64,000 nt of DNA from Amphiscolops sp. MND2022 (lineage: Eukaryota), in NCBI GenBank assembly GCA_964187785.1, contig OZ076420.1, forward strand, positions 36,394,001-36,458,000. The letters are read 5' to 3'. Shown piece by piece: positions 21,801-34,859 of this stretch (position 1 is its first letter; every line of letters begins with the position of its first letter). Position numbers and translations under genes: made by a program. The notes beneath the pieces were generated by a model that saw only the letters and a list, made by a program, of their open reading frames with translations, was not told the DNA's origin and made no database searches.

Positions 21801-23289
21801 CAAGCCTCTGGATGGTTTGGTAATCGGCCATTTGGAGGCAGTGGTAAGCTTGGGAGCAGTCTAATTTGCAGAAGAGTTTTTTGCCTGCCATATCTTGTGC
21901 TGCGTCCGATAGTGTGCTTACCGGGAGGTTATTGTTGATATAGTCTTCGGTGATTAGGTTGTTAATTTTCCTGAGGTCCACCAAAAGTCTGAGTCGTCCG
22001 TTTGGTTTGCGTTGCGCAAAAATTGGGCTAGCGTATTTAGAGAAAGGTTATGTTGTTATGATTCCATATTTATGTAGAAGTGCCAGTTCGACTGTGATGT
22101 CATCCTTAAGATTGATTGGTGTTGGCAAACTTTGGCTATAGGCTGGTCGGTCATTGTTTGGTGTAAGTTTGACCTTGAATTCACGATTGGTACCAATGTC
22201 GAATCGGTGTCTGGCGAAAATGTCGTGAAATTCAATGAGAATTTCTTCGATTTGTTACCGCTCATCGGCGTTGAGGGTTGTGTCGGTCCAGTCGAAATTT
22301 GAAAGGAATGCTTTCCTTGATTCTTCATTATCTTGAGGGTTGAGCTGTTCGCGCTCTCTCAGTTCAAGGAGTTCATTGTAGATTCGTTGTTGTATTGGAG
22401 TATATGTTGTATGATCCCCTGGTTCTTCTGGTGTTGGGAACCAATAGGATTCTTGTTCAGGGTTTTGTGATGGAACTTTCAGGAGTTCGTTTATGTAGAT
22501 CTCCGTTGTGTCTTCATGTTGTATCATGAATGATAACATTGCTGGGTCTACAGGTTGTATATGTTTGATTTGTTCTGGTGTGAGAATTTTGAAATCGGCC
22601 AAATGGGTATCACAAGTTATTGTATATGGGAGTTCTGAAAAGTTGATTATTTGGTACCCGATAGCATTATTGTTGACCGTGCTTAGTGACGATGTGATGA
22701 AAATGCTGTCATGGTTCTCAAATTGTGGTGAAGGTGTGACTATTCCTGTTGCAGCATGGTCTAACAGGTGGGGCATTCTGCTTGCTATGGCGAGAGTTTC
22801 GCCCGGTTGTAGTGTGTATGTATTTTCAGCAAACAAGGGCGTTGCTTGGCGCAATGTTACTTGCGTGTCTGGTTTTAATTGCATTGAAAAGTATGGAAAA
22901 GTTAGGATGCCTTGTGTGACATCGAAAACTGCATTGTTTCTGCGGAGGAAGCAGAGACCGATGAGTGGTTTTGGGAGGTTTTTCATGATGATGAAGTTTT
23001 CTCGTAGCATGAAATCAGCCACTTCAAATTCAAGTAGAACTGTGCCAATTGGTACTTCTAATTGACCGTTGGCCACCATAATTTGGACATTTGGCGGTGG
23101 ACCAGTATCTTTTATTGCTTCATTGGCAAGCAATTTGATTTTGTTAAGGTCTTGTTCAGAGGTAGCACTAGTCAGGGCTCCTGTGTCGATGAGTCCATCA
23201 AGTGTGAGTTTTTCGAAGTCCATTGGCATATAGTACATGTGGCGTTTTCGTTTCAATGTTAGCGAGGTTGACATAGGTAGGTATGACAT
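18809..23289 (-). pseudogene. pol: Gypsy-1 pol (PR, RT, RNase H, IN), fragmented
   Basis: LIDTGAL (PR, ~23180); KLDCSQAY, RLAQGL, QYVDDIG (RT, ~21660); SDSSFTAAGY, FTDNRS (RH); ITDLGTPF, GVLERTH, WQGPYKV (IN). Several frameshifts and stops. Confidence 0.92.
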
Positions 23290-23644
23290 GTTGCGTTCGT
23301 GATCAAAATGGATATGGTTTGAGATGTCCTCATCTAGAAGGGGTTGTTTTTGTTCATTGCAAGAAAAAGTACTCGGGTGGTGAATTTCTGGTGATTTGTC
23401 TGTAAGTACAGGGGAGGTTTGAGTATTGTCTGAAAATTACTTGTCAGGAGCATCTCTCATGAGTTCATAGTATGATTCCAGTGGGGGTTCATCGTTGTCA
23501 GAGTGATTATGTGTTTGAGGTGTGTAGTCTGGTTCTGTAGTCAGTTGTTTAAGTTGTATGTTTATTGTTTCCACTTGACGCTGTCAGTCGTCTTGTGGTT
23601 TTGTAGTTTTTATTTGGCGTTTTGGTTGTTAAGGCGTGGCGTTT

Positions 23645-24978
23645 TTAGTTTAAATCCTTGGAAGATGATTGTTGAGGTCGTTCTATTTTGGGTTTTATGG
23701 GTTTTCGAGCATGTTTATAAGCTTCGATAACTTTCTTTTGGGCGTCAGTGAGATTCCACTTAGGTGGGCGGTTTTCCATATTAGTGCCGAAATAGCAATT
23801 TTCTTCTTCATGACCTGGTGTATTGCAGTTTTTGCATTTTTCTGCATCTGCATCCTCTTCAAGTTTATGCCGTTTTGCTAGCTTGGGGCAGTCAGCCATC
23901 ATGTGGCTCGTCTCCTTGCAGTAACGGCATTGGTCATTTTTAAGTGTCTTGTTAGATACTGTTTTTGGGGTTTGAGTTTTAGAGGTTTCATTTTGTTTTT
24001 TGGTCGATTTTTCAGTTTTTTGTTCTTTTTTAGTTGCGGTCATTTGGGTCTTGACCGAAGGTTCGTCTGCCTCCAAACCATCTCCCTCTCGAGATTTTTA
24101 ACGATCTGGTCGTATGTGCCGTTCTCGAGATTGGCTTGGTTGATGGATTTTTTAAGGTGAGGGGACATCTTTGCATAGAGTAAGTTCTCAATCATCTGGT
24201 GTGCGTTTTCTCCGAAAGCTTTTTCAGCACTTTCTTGGAGTTTTTCAAGGAAGTCCGGTAGTGTTTGGTTTTCGGGGTCAAAGAAAAGTCTATTGAATCG
24301 GTGCTTTGCAGAGGCACTGGATTCTGGTTTCACGTATTTTCTGCGAAAGACTTTTAGAATGTCTTCCAGTGTGGTAGATGGCGTTCTTTGTATGTTTTTG
24401 AATGTTTTTAATGCCAAACCTCTGAGGTGTGCATGAAAGTGGATAATTTTCCTTTCCTCTGTTAGATTTGGCTGCATGCGAAGTATTGTATGAAACAAGT
24501 CTTCAAAGTACTCGAATTTCTCGTTTTTCTCGTTTTTTTTTCCATTGAATTTCAATGTGTTTTTCGGGTGAAAAAGTGATTAAAGGGAGTTTTTATTTGC
24601 CAGTTTCTTGATTGCTTGTGCAATTTGATTACCTGGGTCAAGGGGTTTGTTTGTCGATGATGACGCTGTTTGGTCTGCATGGGATCCAATTGTATCATTT
24701 AATGACTGAGGACTTTGCGAGCTCTGTCTATGGAGTTGTCGGTTGGCTCCTGTCACCATGTGATAACCTCCCTCCTCGGAGTCCTCATTTGAAACGATTG
24801 TTTCATTTATATTTTGTATGTTTTGGTGAAATGGTCTAGCAGAATTCCTTAGTTCATGCATTTGCGAGGCCCTTAGGGGATGATCATCTTCATCTTCTGT
24901 ATCAGAATTCTCTATATTTGATGCGTGAACTCCATTAGACCTAACACTTTTGGATCCCGAAGGTTGTGAGTTTTGCAT
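23645..24978 (-). pseudogene. gag: Gypsy-1 gag, fragmented
   Basis: Capsid-like segment (KIIHFHAHLRGLALKTF...) and two CCHC knuckles (CRYCKETSHMMADC, CKNCNTPGHEEENC), split over three ORFs. Confidence 0.85.
24741..24758 (-). other. Gypsy-1 primer-binding site
   Basis: TGGTGACAGGAGCCAACC immediately after the 5' LTR CA. tRNA identity uncertain (partly resembles a tRNA-Leu 3' end). Confidence 0.7.
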
Positions 24979-26363
24979 TCCGTCAATTTCAGATCTAGGA
25001 TTTGTTATTGTTGACGTTGTTTTGTTCGTCCTTATTTCTTTCTAAATTGCGTAAAATTTGTTTTCCATCTCTTCTCTCATTTTCATTATCCTGTCATTGT
25101 TCTTTTGCTCAAAGTTTTCTGTCCAAACTTTGATTTCGTTACTGATCTGACTAGGTTCTATCAGACTAGATCTGTTTTCGTTTTCACCTAAAGGTTCCTG
25201 AATAACAGTACTAACAGTAGTTAAAGTTTCATTACCTTGCATTGGTGTTTCTATTTGTGCCTCACTCAATTTTCGGTCAGGTGATGGTGTTTCATGTCTT
25301 CTAGATCTCCTGTTTCTCTTATTTTCCATTGTTCTCAAGTGAAAAATGTGTTGGGTTTGCTGGGAAAGAATTTGAATTTATTCAAAAGGATTTGAGGAAA
25401 CAAGTTGAGAAGATAGAACAGAGATTGAATGCAAGAACTGTTTTACAAAATTGGGTGTGTGTTATCAAGCAACTGCTTCTGACGGTGTTTTTTCAAGGAA
25501 TGATTGAGCTTTAAGCTTTCGAACCTCGATAAAAATGACAAGGGTTACATCCATAATTATGGGTGTCATGGTCCCCAAAATATACAAAAAGAATTACGTC
25601 ATATGCTGTAATCCTATTTATAGTTCCAAATATACATTCATGACAAGCAAGACAAGTACCCTACAGTTACAGCAAAAACCCTGGAAAACTGTATAGCGAC
25701 GCATATGCGGACTCATTTTTCCGCACTTTAACGTGCAATCACTATGCAAAAATAGTATAACGTCGTGTGATATGAAACACGGAAAACCGCATATTGACGC
25801 ATAAGCGTCGGCGATTTTCGGCACAATGACGTGTAACTATCATTATATCATCGTATAAAACAAATTACAGATTTCCGCATGATACCGCATAAGCGGTGGT
25901 GAGAATCTGCATAATGCAGCATATGCGTCAAGAAATTTCCGCATGTTAGCGTATAATGAATATTCAGAAACAGCACAATGGAGCATATTCATTTCAATAT
26001 TTTCGCACGGTGACGCATATTTAATGATCAAAAATGTTACATATTAACCCGATACCAATTTTCGTTCATAAAAATAAGTCAAATTTACCAAAATGAGTCA
26101 TCAGACAGGGTTACGATTAAGAGCAAAGAATCAAGAAAGCACTTATGATAAAAGTACCTTTTACACATCAATAAGAGAAAATACAAAATCAAATTTTTAC
26201 ATGACGTAAATTCACAGTTAGAACAAATATTGAGAAATAAAAAAGGAGGGTTTTAAACAGTTTGTAGAGTTTAATCAAAACAAGTTTTGTCTCTTTTGCT
26301 GCATCAGTTGTTCTCTTTCTCATTCTTGCACAACAGGTCCAGAGCACCCATGAGGCTGCGACA
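24759..26363 (-). repeat. Gypsy-1 5' LTR (1605 bp)
   Basis: Homologous to 5243-6858, followed by the PBS. Its ORF copy has a TTG->TAG nonsense change near 25043. Confidence 0.92.
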
Positions 26364-26429
26364 ACATTGTACTCAAGTTAGGTACGATTACAAGAGAAAA
26401 TAAATGAAAGAATTATTATAGATTAGGTA

Positions 26430-29400
26430 AGATTGGGAGAATTTGTGGACGGGAGAACGGGTGCCAGTTTGACAACGGGTCGAACAAGGTTTTCTGTTGC
26501 AGTTTTCAGTTCTGCAGAACGAGCGATAACTTCGGTGCCGTAGTTCAGCTTGACCACACGTGTATGTGGGTAATGTCCTCGTGGACTCGTAGGCTCGACA
26601 ATCCGGACAAGGTCACCGGTCTTAAGATCTCGATCTGGTTGGGCTGGCCACTTTGAATTGAGGTTGAGCGACGGAACGTAATCTTTTTGCCAACGGTCCC
26701 AAACAGCATCTCAGTACTCTAGCGCTCGTGCGTAGCGTTTCCTGTGGTCTACGTCGGCTCTTTGGTGTGATGGCACTGTGGAACCCGCGGTTCCCAATAG
26801 GAAGTGGTTTGGTGTCAAGTCGTCCAAATCCGTAGCGGCGGAGCGAACGGGTACCAGTGGACAGTAATTGAGACACTGTTCTACTAGACAGACGGTAGTT
26901 GTTAGTATCCCGTCAGTTTGGCGACGGTTTCCAAGGATTGCGTAAAAGACGTGTTTGAAGCTTCTGACAATTCGTTCCCAGACACCTCCGTGGTGAGGAG
27001 CACTGGGAAGATTGAATTTCCAGTGGAGCCCTTTTTTGACCAGAGCTTCAGACAGAATCTGTTGATTCCAAGCTGACACGTTTTGTAGCAATTCCTTTTC
27101 GCTTGCGATGAAATTGGTTCCGTTGTCAGACCACAAAACCGATGGGACGCCCCGGGAGCCAGCGAAACTCTCGTTTCCAATAACACAGCTACTAGTGTCC
27201 ATTGACGGGACAACTTCAAAATTGACAGCTCTGGTTGTCAAGCAAGTGAATAGGAATCCCCATCGTTTTTCGGTTGATCATTTCACAGCTAGGTAAAACG
27301 GACCAAAATAATCGATTCCGGTGTTAGTGAATGGAGGCTCTTTAAATGCAAGTCTTTCCCGAGGAAGGTCGGACATTATCGATTTGAGAATTTACGTTCG
27401 ACGTTTGCAGCAAGTGACACAATTGGAAACAAATGACCTCAAGGCGGTTCTAAGCTTGACGATGGCGAACTGTTGCTGCGCCAACGCCCTCATGTAGTCG
27501 ACACCCTGATGGCAATGCGTTTCGTGGAGCTGTTCTAAGTACAAACCTACGACGGGTGACGGCTGTCCAGTAACATTGGGTGCTTTGCATCAAAGGTGGA
27601 AACTGTTATTTGTTTGGTCCGGCTCGTTGCTCGTAGGGGGCCTTGAGGCCCAATGAAAAGGGAGAGTTGGGAAATTTTGGAAAAGTTGCTGACAGGCGAT
27701 TGTTTCAGCAAGCACTTCGTTTCAACGAGGAATGACTCTTGTTGGATGAGATAAAAAAGTCTCATTTTAGCATTTCGCATATCATTTGGATCGGTTATTA
27801 AGTCAGATTCGGAGCGGTAACCTTCGTTTTTTGGCAGTAATCGCAAAATGTAAGCAACAATGCGCAGAAGTTTCTCGTACGAGCTTTACTTCTGCCACTC
27901 GAAAGGTGTCGCGATGCCGATACCAGTTGCGCTTACAGCTGTCACAAACTCCGAAGTTTCTCGTTCCGAATTGGGAGCGTCTGACGATTTCGCTTTTAGT
28001 TTGATGTCAACTTCTTTAGGAGGTTTGAACGGCCAGTCATCTGTTCAAAAGAATGCAGGACCTTTAAACCAAGGACTGTCACGAAGTGAATTGACTGAGA
28101 GGCCACGCGTTCCTGCATCAGCGGGGTTGTCATTTAATTTGACATAGGAAACAGGGTTCTTGACAAACACCGGTTGCTTCTCTAATGAAAGGAGCCATTG
28201 AAGGACCGTCGTGCTAACCGTCAACATGGAAGTGTTGTCGATTTGGTCCGTTAGAGCATTTTGAATTTCGTTTCGGAGTCGTGCAGCAAGCAACGAGGCT
28301 TGTAACTCGAGCTTCGGGATCGTAAGGGCTTTCATGGGTGCCACTCTGGCTCTCCCGAAGACGAAAGCTAACTCTGTGGTGTAACCAGTCGCAGTGGTAA
28401 TTTTGTCTCGTAGGTAGGCGACGGCGCTGAAGACATCTTGAGAACTGTCACCGAACATTTGAACCTCTAAGGATTCTACTCTCTCTTCAAAGTAGCTCGT
28501 GGGATTTGAATTTCGCTCAAAGTTGGCAATTCTTTGCTCCATTCGTTGCACTTGGTTACAATTTCGTTTGGCAGATCGTCATCCACTGTTGACCACTCAA
28601 TCTCCAGATTTCTTTCAACAACAGTCTTGCTGGGACCGTAAACGGAGCACCGAGTCCAATTGGGTCGTAGACAGCTTAAACTAAGCTCAGTACTACTCGC
28701 TGAGTATTTGTTTTGTTCGTATCAAGGCTCGTTCCCCGACTTACTACGAGGGTTTCAGAGACATGATTCCACTCAGGTCCCAAGACATGGGAGGACTCGT
28801 CTGGATTCGGAATCACCTTTTCATTGGTCGGTGCTGGTTCTCCGTTGTTTTGCAGTTCGGTTGGAAGGTGGTTAATGTTGGAGACAAACTTTGTTAAAAT
28901 GAAGCCACCTTTGCCAGCAGTGTGATCAAGTCCTTTGCTTTGTGACTGGCCTCTTCGACTGTGGCGCTTGACTTCAAGTAGTCGTCCATGTAAAAAAACG
29001 CGTTGAACGCTTTCCGCTGCTTCAGGGAAGGTGTTTCGGTTGTCGCTACCACAGCGCTTCAGTGCGTAGTTGGCACATGATGGTGAGTCCTTGAATCCAA
29101 AGATGTGCCGGACGTATTGATAGACAGCGATTTCTGAAGCTGGGTCTTCCCGATACAGAAAACGAAATGAGGTTGATCCTTTGGTATGACTCCTACTTGA
29201 AGAGACATACACTCTATGTCGGCAGAGACGGCGTACTTGTGTTGACGAAATCGGAAAAGTATGTGTATCAATCTTTCAAGCAAGTCTGGTCCGGTTAAAA
29301 AGGCGTTGTTCAATGATTGACCCTGGAACTTCAGTGCGCCGTTCAATACTCTGCGAACTTTGCCAGGTTTGTGCGGATCCACTACTGGATGGTGTGGCGG

Positions 29401-31100
29401 GTACCACTCTCGAGTTGGTCAACTTTGAAAAGGTCTCTTTTGTCACTTTGATGATGTAGCCTTTGTCTAAGTCGTCACGAATTGTCTTGGCATAGAGTTA
29501 TTTCAATTCGGAACATTGTCAAGGCGACGTTAAAACAATTTTAGCTGCACAATTTCGGAAAAGTAGTTATTCGGCAAACTGCTGTCGGCTTCGGTCCACA
29601 ACATTCCCACATGGTATCGGTTACCATCGTGGTAAGTCGTTTCTTCAAGTATTTCCAACGATCTCGCATCGGCAGCGGAACGCGAATCTACTTGTTTGTA
29701 CGCTCCATACGATTCAATATCCTACCAGCTACGGAGTTGGTCGGCAAGTTCGGAAACCAATTCTTTGCTAGAGGCAACAGTTTTAAAACAAGTTGAATAG
29801 AGACCAGAGGACGAGGGGAGCAGTCCACTTAAACCCAACCCAACGGCACACGAACAACAACTGGAGCATTTTTGCGGTCAAAATCAAAAAACTCTAGCGG
29901 GCGGATTGAGTGGAACACATCCTGACACAGGATCTTTTCAACATCAGCGTAGCTGTACCTTTTCAAAGAGATTGGTTGCAAATGGGGGTACTTGGTTTTC
30001 AAACGTTCGTCATCTATTGTGTCAGTTCCGACTGTAAGATCTTCCCTGACGTACGGCTTGACACCAAAGGGAGAGCAAGAGCCACATAAATGAACGGGTG
30101 TCAATTTAGGCTCCACCAGTTGTGTGTCTACGACTTGGTTGGAATTTTTGCCTGGACAGTAAGTTTGGTCGAGGTTCCATCAACGTTTAACTTCGTTGCC
30201 AGATTTGCTGAGATCCAGGAATGGCTGCAGGCAAAATCGCAAAATGCTAGGAGATTTTCGCTTTTGCCGTTAGCGTGAAGGTCGACTTCCGTTACTCGTA
30301 GCCCTTAACATCGGCAACGAAAGGCATGCCTGAGCTCTCGTCTGATCTTTCGTTTTTCATTGATGTTCCGATGCAACCAGATGTTTCAGTTTCATCCTTG
30401 TTTGTGACTTTTTTGGCAAATATTCTTTAAGCTTCATGTAAGAAGGTGTTATGTGAACTCCCGCATCCATCTTTCGTACACTTGCGGGTCTGCGGGTACT
30501 GGCGAAAGGTGTGATTTTGGTTGAGGCATGAGAAGCAAAGCTTATTGTCAGCTACAAGTTTTGCTCTCTTTGTGGGAGTTTTTCCTCTGAATGCTGGACT
30601 CCTCCACAAAGGATGTTTTTCTTTACAGGCGACACAAGTGTTGAGCGGCTTGTCACTCTTACATTTGGCACTTGCACTTTGTTGACTAGAAGTCGTTGCG
30701 ACGAAAACCTTAGAAGTAGTCTTGGTCTTAGTCACAGTCGCGTTGTTACTTTCTTCAGGTTTCGCTTTGTTGGGCAGAGACTTCATGCGCTCAATGGCTT
30801 TGGCTTTGTCTTTGAGCCAGTCATTGAAATCAATGAGTTTCGGTCTGTCCAAAGTTCGCCTCACTGCGTGCAGTGACTATGCTTCTTTCATGTTTGGCGG
30901 AAGCTTTCGAACAGCTTGCCCAAGCAATAATGCGCTCGACAGATCTTGGACGTAGTTTAGAGATCGGAAGACCCCAACTAGGGAACAGATCATTGCTCAG
31001 TAACTGATGATGCTCTTACTGTTATACATCTTGTTGTTAGGCATCTTCGCAAATCAAGTCATTCGCTTTCAAGATTCTAGAAGCTGTACGGTTCGGTTAA
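26430..31100 (-). pseudogene. pol: BEL/Pao gag-pol, heavily frameshifted
   Basis: Gag Cys/His (CVACKEKH, CFSCLNQNH, CTKDGCGSSHNTFLH); RT (KPGKVRRV, YAVSADI, FYMDD at 28981-28992); RH (MFGDSS, TIPKLELQA); IN (IDYFGP, WSDNGTNF, APHHGGVWER, RPVVKLAP). Confidence 0.9.
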
Positions 31101-31522
31101 AGTTCAAAGGTGGATTTTGCTATCTCGAAGAATAAACATTCGGCAGGGGAGTGTTGGTGTGTTTACCTTCAGGCATTAGTGGAGGGACAATTTCTGTTCT
31201 TTAGGAGTGTCGGAGATTCGGATGTGAGCGTCTAGGGGTCAGGATATGCCTTCCTGGGGTCGGGATTGAAAACTTCTGAGGGGTTGCGCTAGCGTGTCGT
31301 TCGGGGGCGCACCACTTTAGAGCTTGCTTCAGGAGCACTTCTTCAATTGCGGATAGCCATGTCGTCAATTGAGGAATGCACTTTCGGAGTTCCACCAATC
31401 AGTGGGGTCGAATTTCAAAGCAGCGGTCGTCCTGAGGAGTTCGCATTTTTCGATGAATAAGGATGATGAATAAGAAGGATCAATATGAGGATGAACACAA
31501 GGATGAAGTAAACAAGTTGATT

Positions 31523-31540
31523 GCCTCTCTACGGCCACCA
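31523..31540 (-). other. BEL/Pao primer-binding site
   Basis: TGGTGGCCGTAGAGAGGC directly after the 5' LTR homology; resembles a tRNA-Ile 3' end. Confidence 0.6.
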
Positions 31541-31782
31541 TAAAAGAGTGATAGAATTCAGTTTCTATATCGCGTTTTAAAGAGAAAGCAATCGAATATT
31601 TTATTGTTCTCGTGAACCACTGCTGTCGTATTAAACCAGAAAACAATGATACACTATGAAGAGACTGCGAAACTAACAAAAGTTGTTCACTAACAGACAA
31701 ACAAATTGATGTTTCGAGCAAAATATTGAAGGTAGTATTTTGGTCGAAAACGGTATTTTAGTATTTTTACCAAAGGATCCGC
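31541..31782 (-). repeat. BEL/Pao 5' LTR (lacks the first ~67 bp of U3)
   Basis: Aligns to 4826-5081. Homology stops at GGATCCGC, where LINE sequence begins. Confidence 0.72.
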
Positions 31783-34600
31783 CGCAGAAAACAACCCTCC
31801 CGTTTCTCCCACACACTACGACAAACGTACCAAACAATGGTCTCGAATAGATTTTATCTACTGCTACCGGACTAAGCATAACCGAATCCTTGATTTGATA
31901 CAAACGTCTTTTTCAGACCATAAATTACTTTTTGCATATGAGCTCACTGATGATGACTACGGTACGAACATCTGGAAACTAGTTCACTCAGTGCTCCAAA
32001 ATAAAGATAAAGTTTCGGAAATTTCGAATTTCTACTGATCATAATGAAATTTATTAATCCAAGTCAATACGAGTTATTCAAAGCTCGATTACAGTGCTCT
32101 GCGAAAAAACTTAGCATTCAAGTTAAGCGAGAAAGGAATGAACATGAAAAAAATTTGATCTCGAAAATAAGCCAATTGGAGATTATCATTTTGTCCAAAA
32201 GAACTGATGAAAGTATCTCACAATATGAACAAGCTGTGAACGAGCTTCGCTCTTATCGTTTTTCAAGATACCAGAGTAAAAGGAACACTATCAAATGTTT
32301 CTACCGAGACGAGAATGAAGGCGATGCGAAGGCTATGTAAAATATGTTAACTTCTAGACGTAATAAAGTAACAAAAACATGCACAACATTGAAATGCTGA
32401 AAACTGATAAAGGCGAAATACTTACGGAACAAACACAAATCCTAAATGAGTTTCAAAAATGGTATAAAGAACCATCGAAACAAAACCTTTCTGATAGGAC
32501 AACACCTATTGAAAAAATTGCGGACATTCAATTGTCGTACATAGAAAAGTATTACCTGTACCTTTTCGAAACTCATCTAACGATAATGAAAACATCACTG
32601 GATATGAAGTCAGGAAGGCTATATCGAGACTTTATCAAGATAGCGTTCCAGGACCTGACGGTCTCACCGCCAGTTTGTATAAATCAACTATAGATTTTCT
32701 TTCGCTCCGGTACTCACAGAATTATTCAGTAATATGAGTGAAACAGAAATATATCCTCAGTCTTTCAAGATAGCCATTATTCAACTTATACTAAAAAAAT
32801 CAACATCTGCAGAAATTGGAGATTTTCGTCCACTGAGCATGATAAACACTGGCCTAAACATTCTGTCACATGTCTTGGCTGAAAGAATTAAAGTATCGGT
32901 ATCGGAAGTGGTAGGCAGTCATCAAACGGCCCATTTGCCGAATAGAAGCATCATACAGCATTGATGAAAATTCGAAAAAGCTTCCGCAATTGATGACAAA
33001 AATTGCATTGTCACGATTGATTTCAGCGAAGCATTCGACAGAATAAATCGATCCTTTCTGATGCAGATTGTGGACAGGCTCAACATCAATGATATTACTA
33101 AAAAAACTAAATAATCTCATGTATGGAGAAACATCCTTGTTTATAGAATTGAACGGTTTTTGTCGCTTCCAAAATTAATTGAAAGGGGTGTTAGACAAAG
33201 ATGTCCGCTATTTTCTCTTCTATTCGACGTCGGTCTCGAACCTTTGTTACGACAGATACAGTCAGAAAAAGAGATACTCTCCGAAAATGACCAAAAAATC
33301 CTTGCTTATGTTGACGATATAACTGCAGGAGTTAGCATTGACTCGCTCTCCCCGTCTTTTTGCTGCCTTCGACCACTTCAAGACCATTTCAAGATTGGAG
33401 ATTAATGACACCAAAACTGAAATAGCCACAAATGGCATACTACCTAAAAATATTACTCCGTCAAAAACTATTACAGTTCTTGGAGAACCTATTTGGCCCA
33501 CTAACAATCATAACCGCGTTTCCGACAGTCAAGGCGAAAATGCTGGAAAAGCTTCTCGATATGCCCTGTAGTCCATGTCCTACAAAGCCAGATCAATAAA
33601 CATTGAAGTCTTCGTAATCTCCAAACTTGTTGAAAGACTGACACATCTTGATAATCGAAAAAAACGGATATGTAAATTGAATCGCAATCTATTTAACCAA
33701 TTCTGGCAAAATGAAAAACATAGAGTCAGTTCTGAGATCCTACACTTGGATTTGAAAGAATGTGCTTTCAGGCTCAAAAACCTTCCGATTTTAGTTAAAG
33801 CGTGTAAATTCATGAATTTGAAGGAATTTTACTTTCAAGAGAAAAATAGGAATCTAGTAGAATAATTTTTCCAGAGTTCTTTTTTCTTTGCGAAAGATTT
33901 GAAATTGAATGCAGAAAGAAAAGAACTTTTGGAATCAGAGACCACAAACTGCTGATTAAACAAGGAGGCCTCGAAAAAGAAATCACGGCAGATACGAAAT
34001 CCAGAGAAATTTATAGCTTTCTGATGGAATTTTATAACCGAACAAAAGCGATAGATAGGCTCTCTGATGGGATTCAAAAATTAGGCAAGAGAAAAGAAAA
34101 CTTGATACTCTGCGTTCAAAAATTATGGAACCTGGAATCTTTGCTAGCTTTCCAAAAAGCATTAATTATTGTTTTTTTAATGGGAAGTATCATAGATGAA
34201 CCAGAAAAGTGGTTCAGAAACTTAGTCCCTGACTAAAATCGCCAGACTATTACAGTAACTTTTCTGGAGAACGACACGAGTGCGACGAATTGGAGGACGC
34301 GGTCGATACAAAATTTTTCAGATTAAAAACTTTAGTGTAATAACAGAGTTTCATATTTTTTGTTAATTCGAGTCTGGAAAAAGTCCTTTTGAGCCCAAAA
34401 TGTGTTTTTCGGCAAATAGAGGTTTTCCAAAATTTTCTTGAAAACACCAATTCAGCATTTTTCAAAGACTTAGCATTTTTAGAGCGTTTAGCTTCTCTAT
34501 AGAACCTAAAAACATTTTTGTTATTAAATTTGGCCAATTTCTAACAGTTTGAAGATAGTTTTGACACACAATTTTTGAAAGGCCCGTTAAAACTTTTCTG
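31783..34600 (+). mobile_element. Decayed L1/Tx1-clade LINE ORF2 fragment
   Basis: SRIDFIY...SDHKLL (APE end); GDFRPLSMINTGLNILSHVLAERIK, QTAHLPNRSI, IDFSEAFDRIN, RGVRQRCPL, AYVDD (RT). Many stops and frameshifts; right end approximate. Confidence 0.85.
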
Positions 34601-34859
34601 TTTTCTTCTTTGACACTTTTTTCTAAAAAGTTAGTCACGATGAGCAAAATTGGCCGTCAGAAACATTTTAAAGCAAAAACGTCATCCATGGAAAACCTCA
34701 AAAGTCTATATATGTTCTTGGTACCGTTTTGGTACGGAATGATTCTTCTATGGCAAGGCTCAACTGAATTCATTCGTTACATCATATGACATTTTAAGAC
34801 CATCGTGTTCATTGTATGAAGATTAACCATCCGAATTATTAAAGCAAACCGTTTTACAG

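Larger units (their letters stand above)
5243..26363 (-). mobile_element. 21.1-kb Ty3/Gypsy LTR retrotransposon (Gypsy-1) with decayed gag-pol and large 3' accessory region
   Basis: TG...CA termini; 5-bp TSD ACATT at 5238-5242 and 26364-26368; matching LTRs 5243-6858 and 24759-26363; PBS, PPT; domain order gag-PR-RT-RH-IN. Confidence 0.93.
4826..31782 (-). mobile_element. Degenerate BEL/Pao LTR retrotransposon, split by a nested Gypsy insertion
   Basis: Related LTRs at 4826-5148 and 31541-31782, PBS at 31523-31540, PPT at 5149-5166, and fragmented BEL-type gag/RT/RH/IN at ~26430-31100. The 3' UTR is interrupted at an ACATT duplication. Confidence 0.85.
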
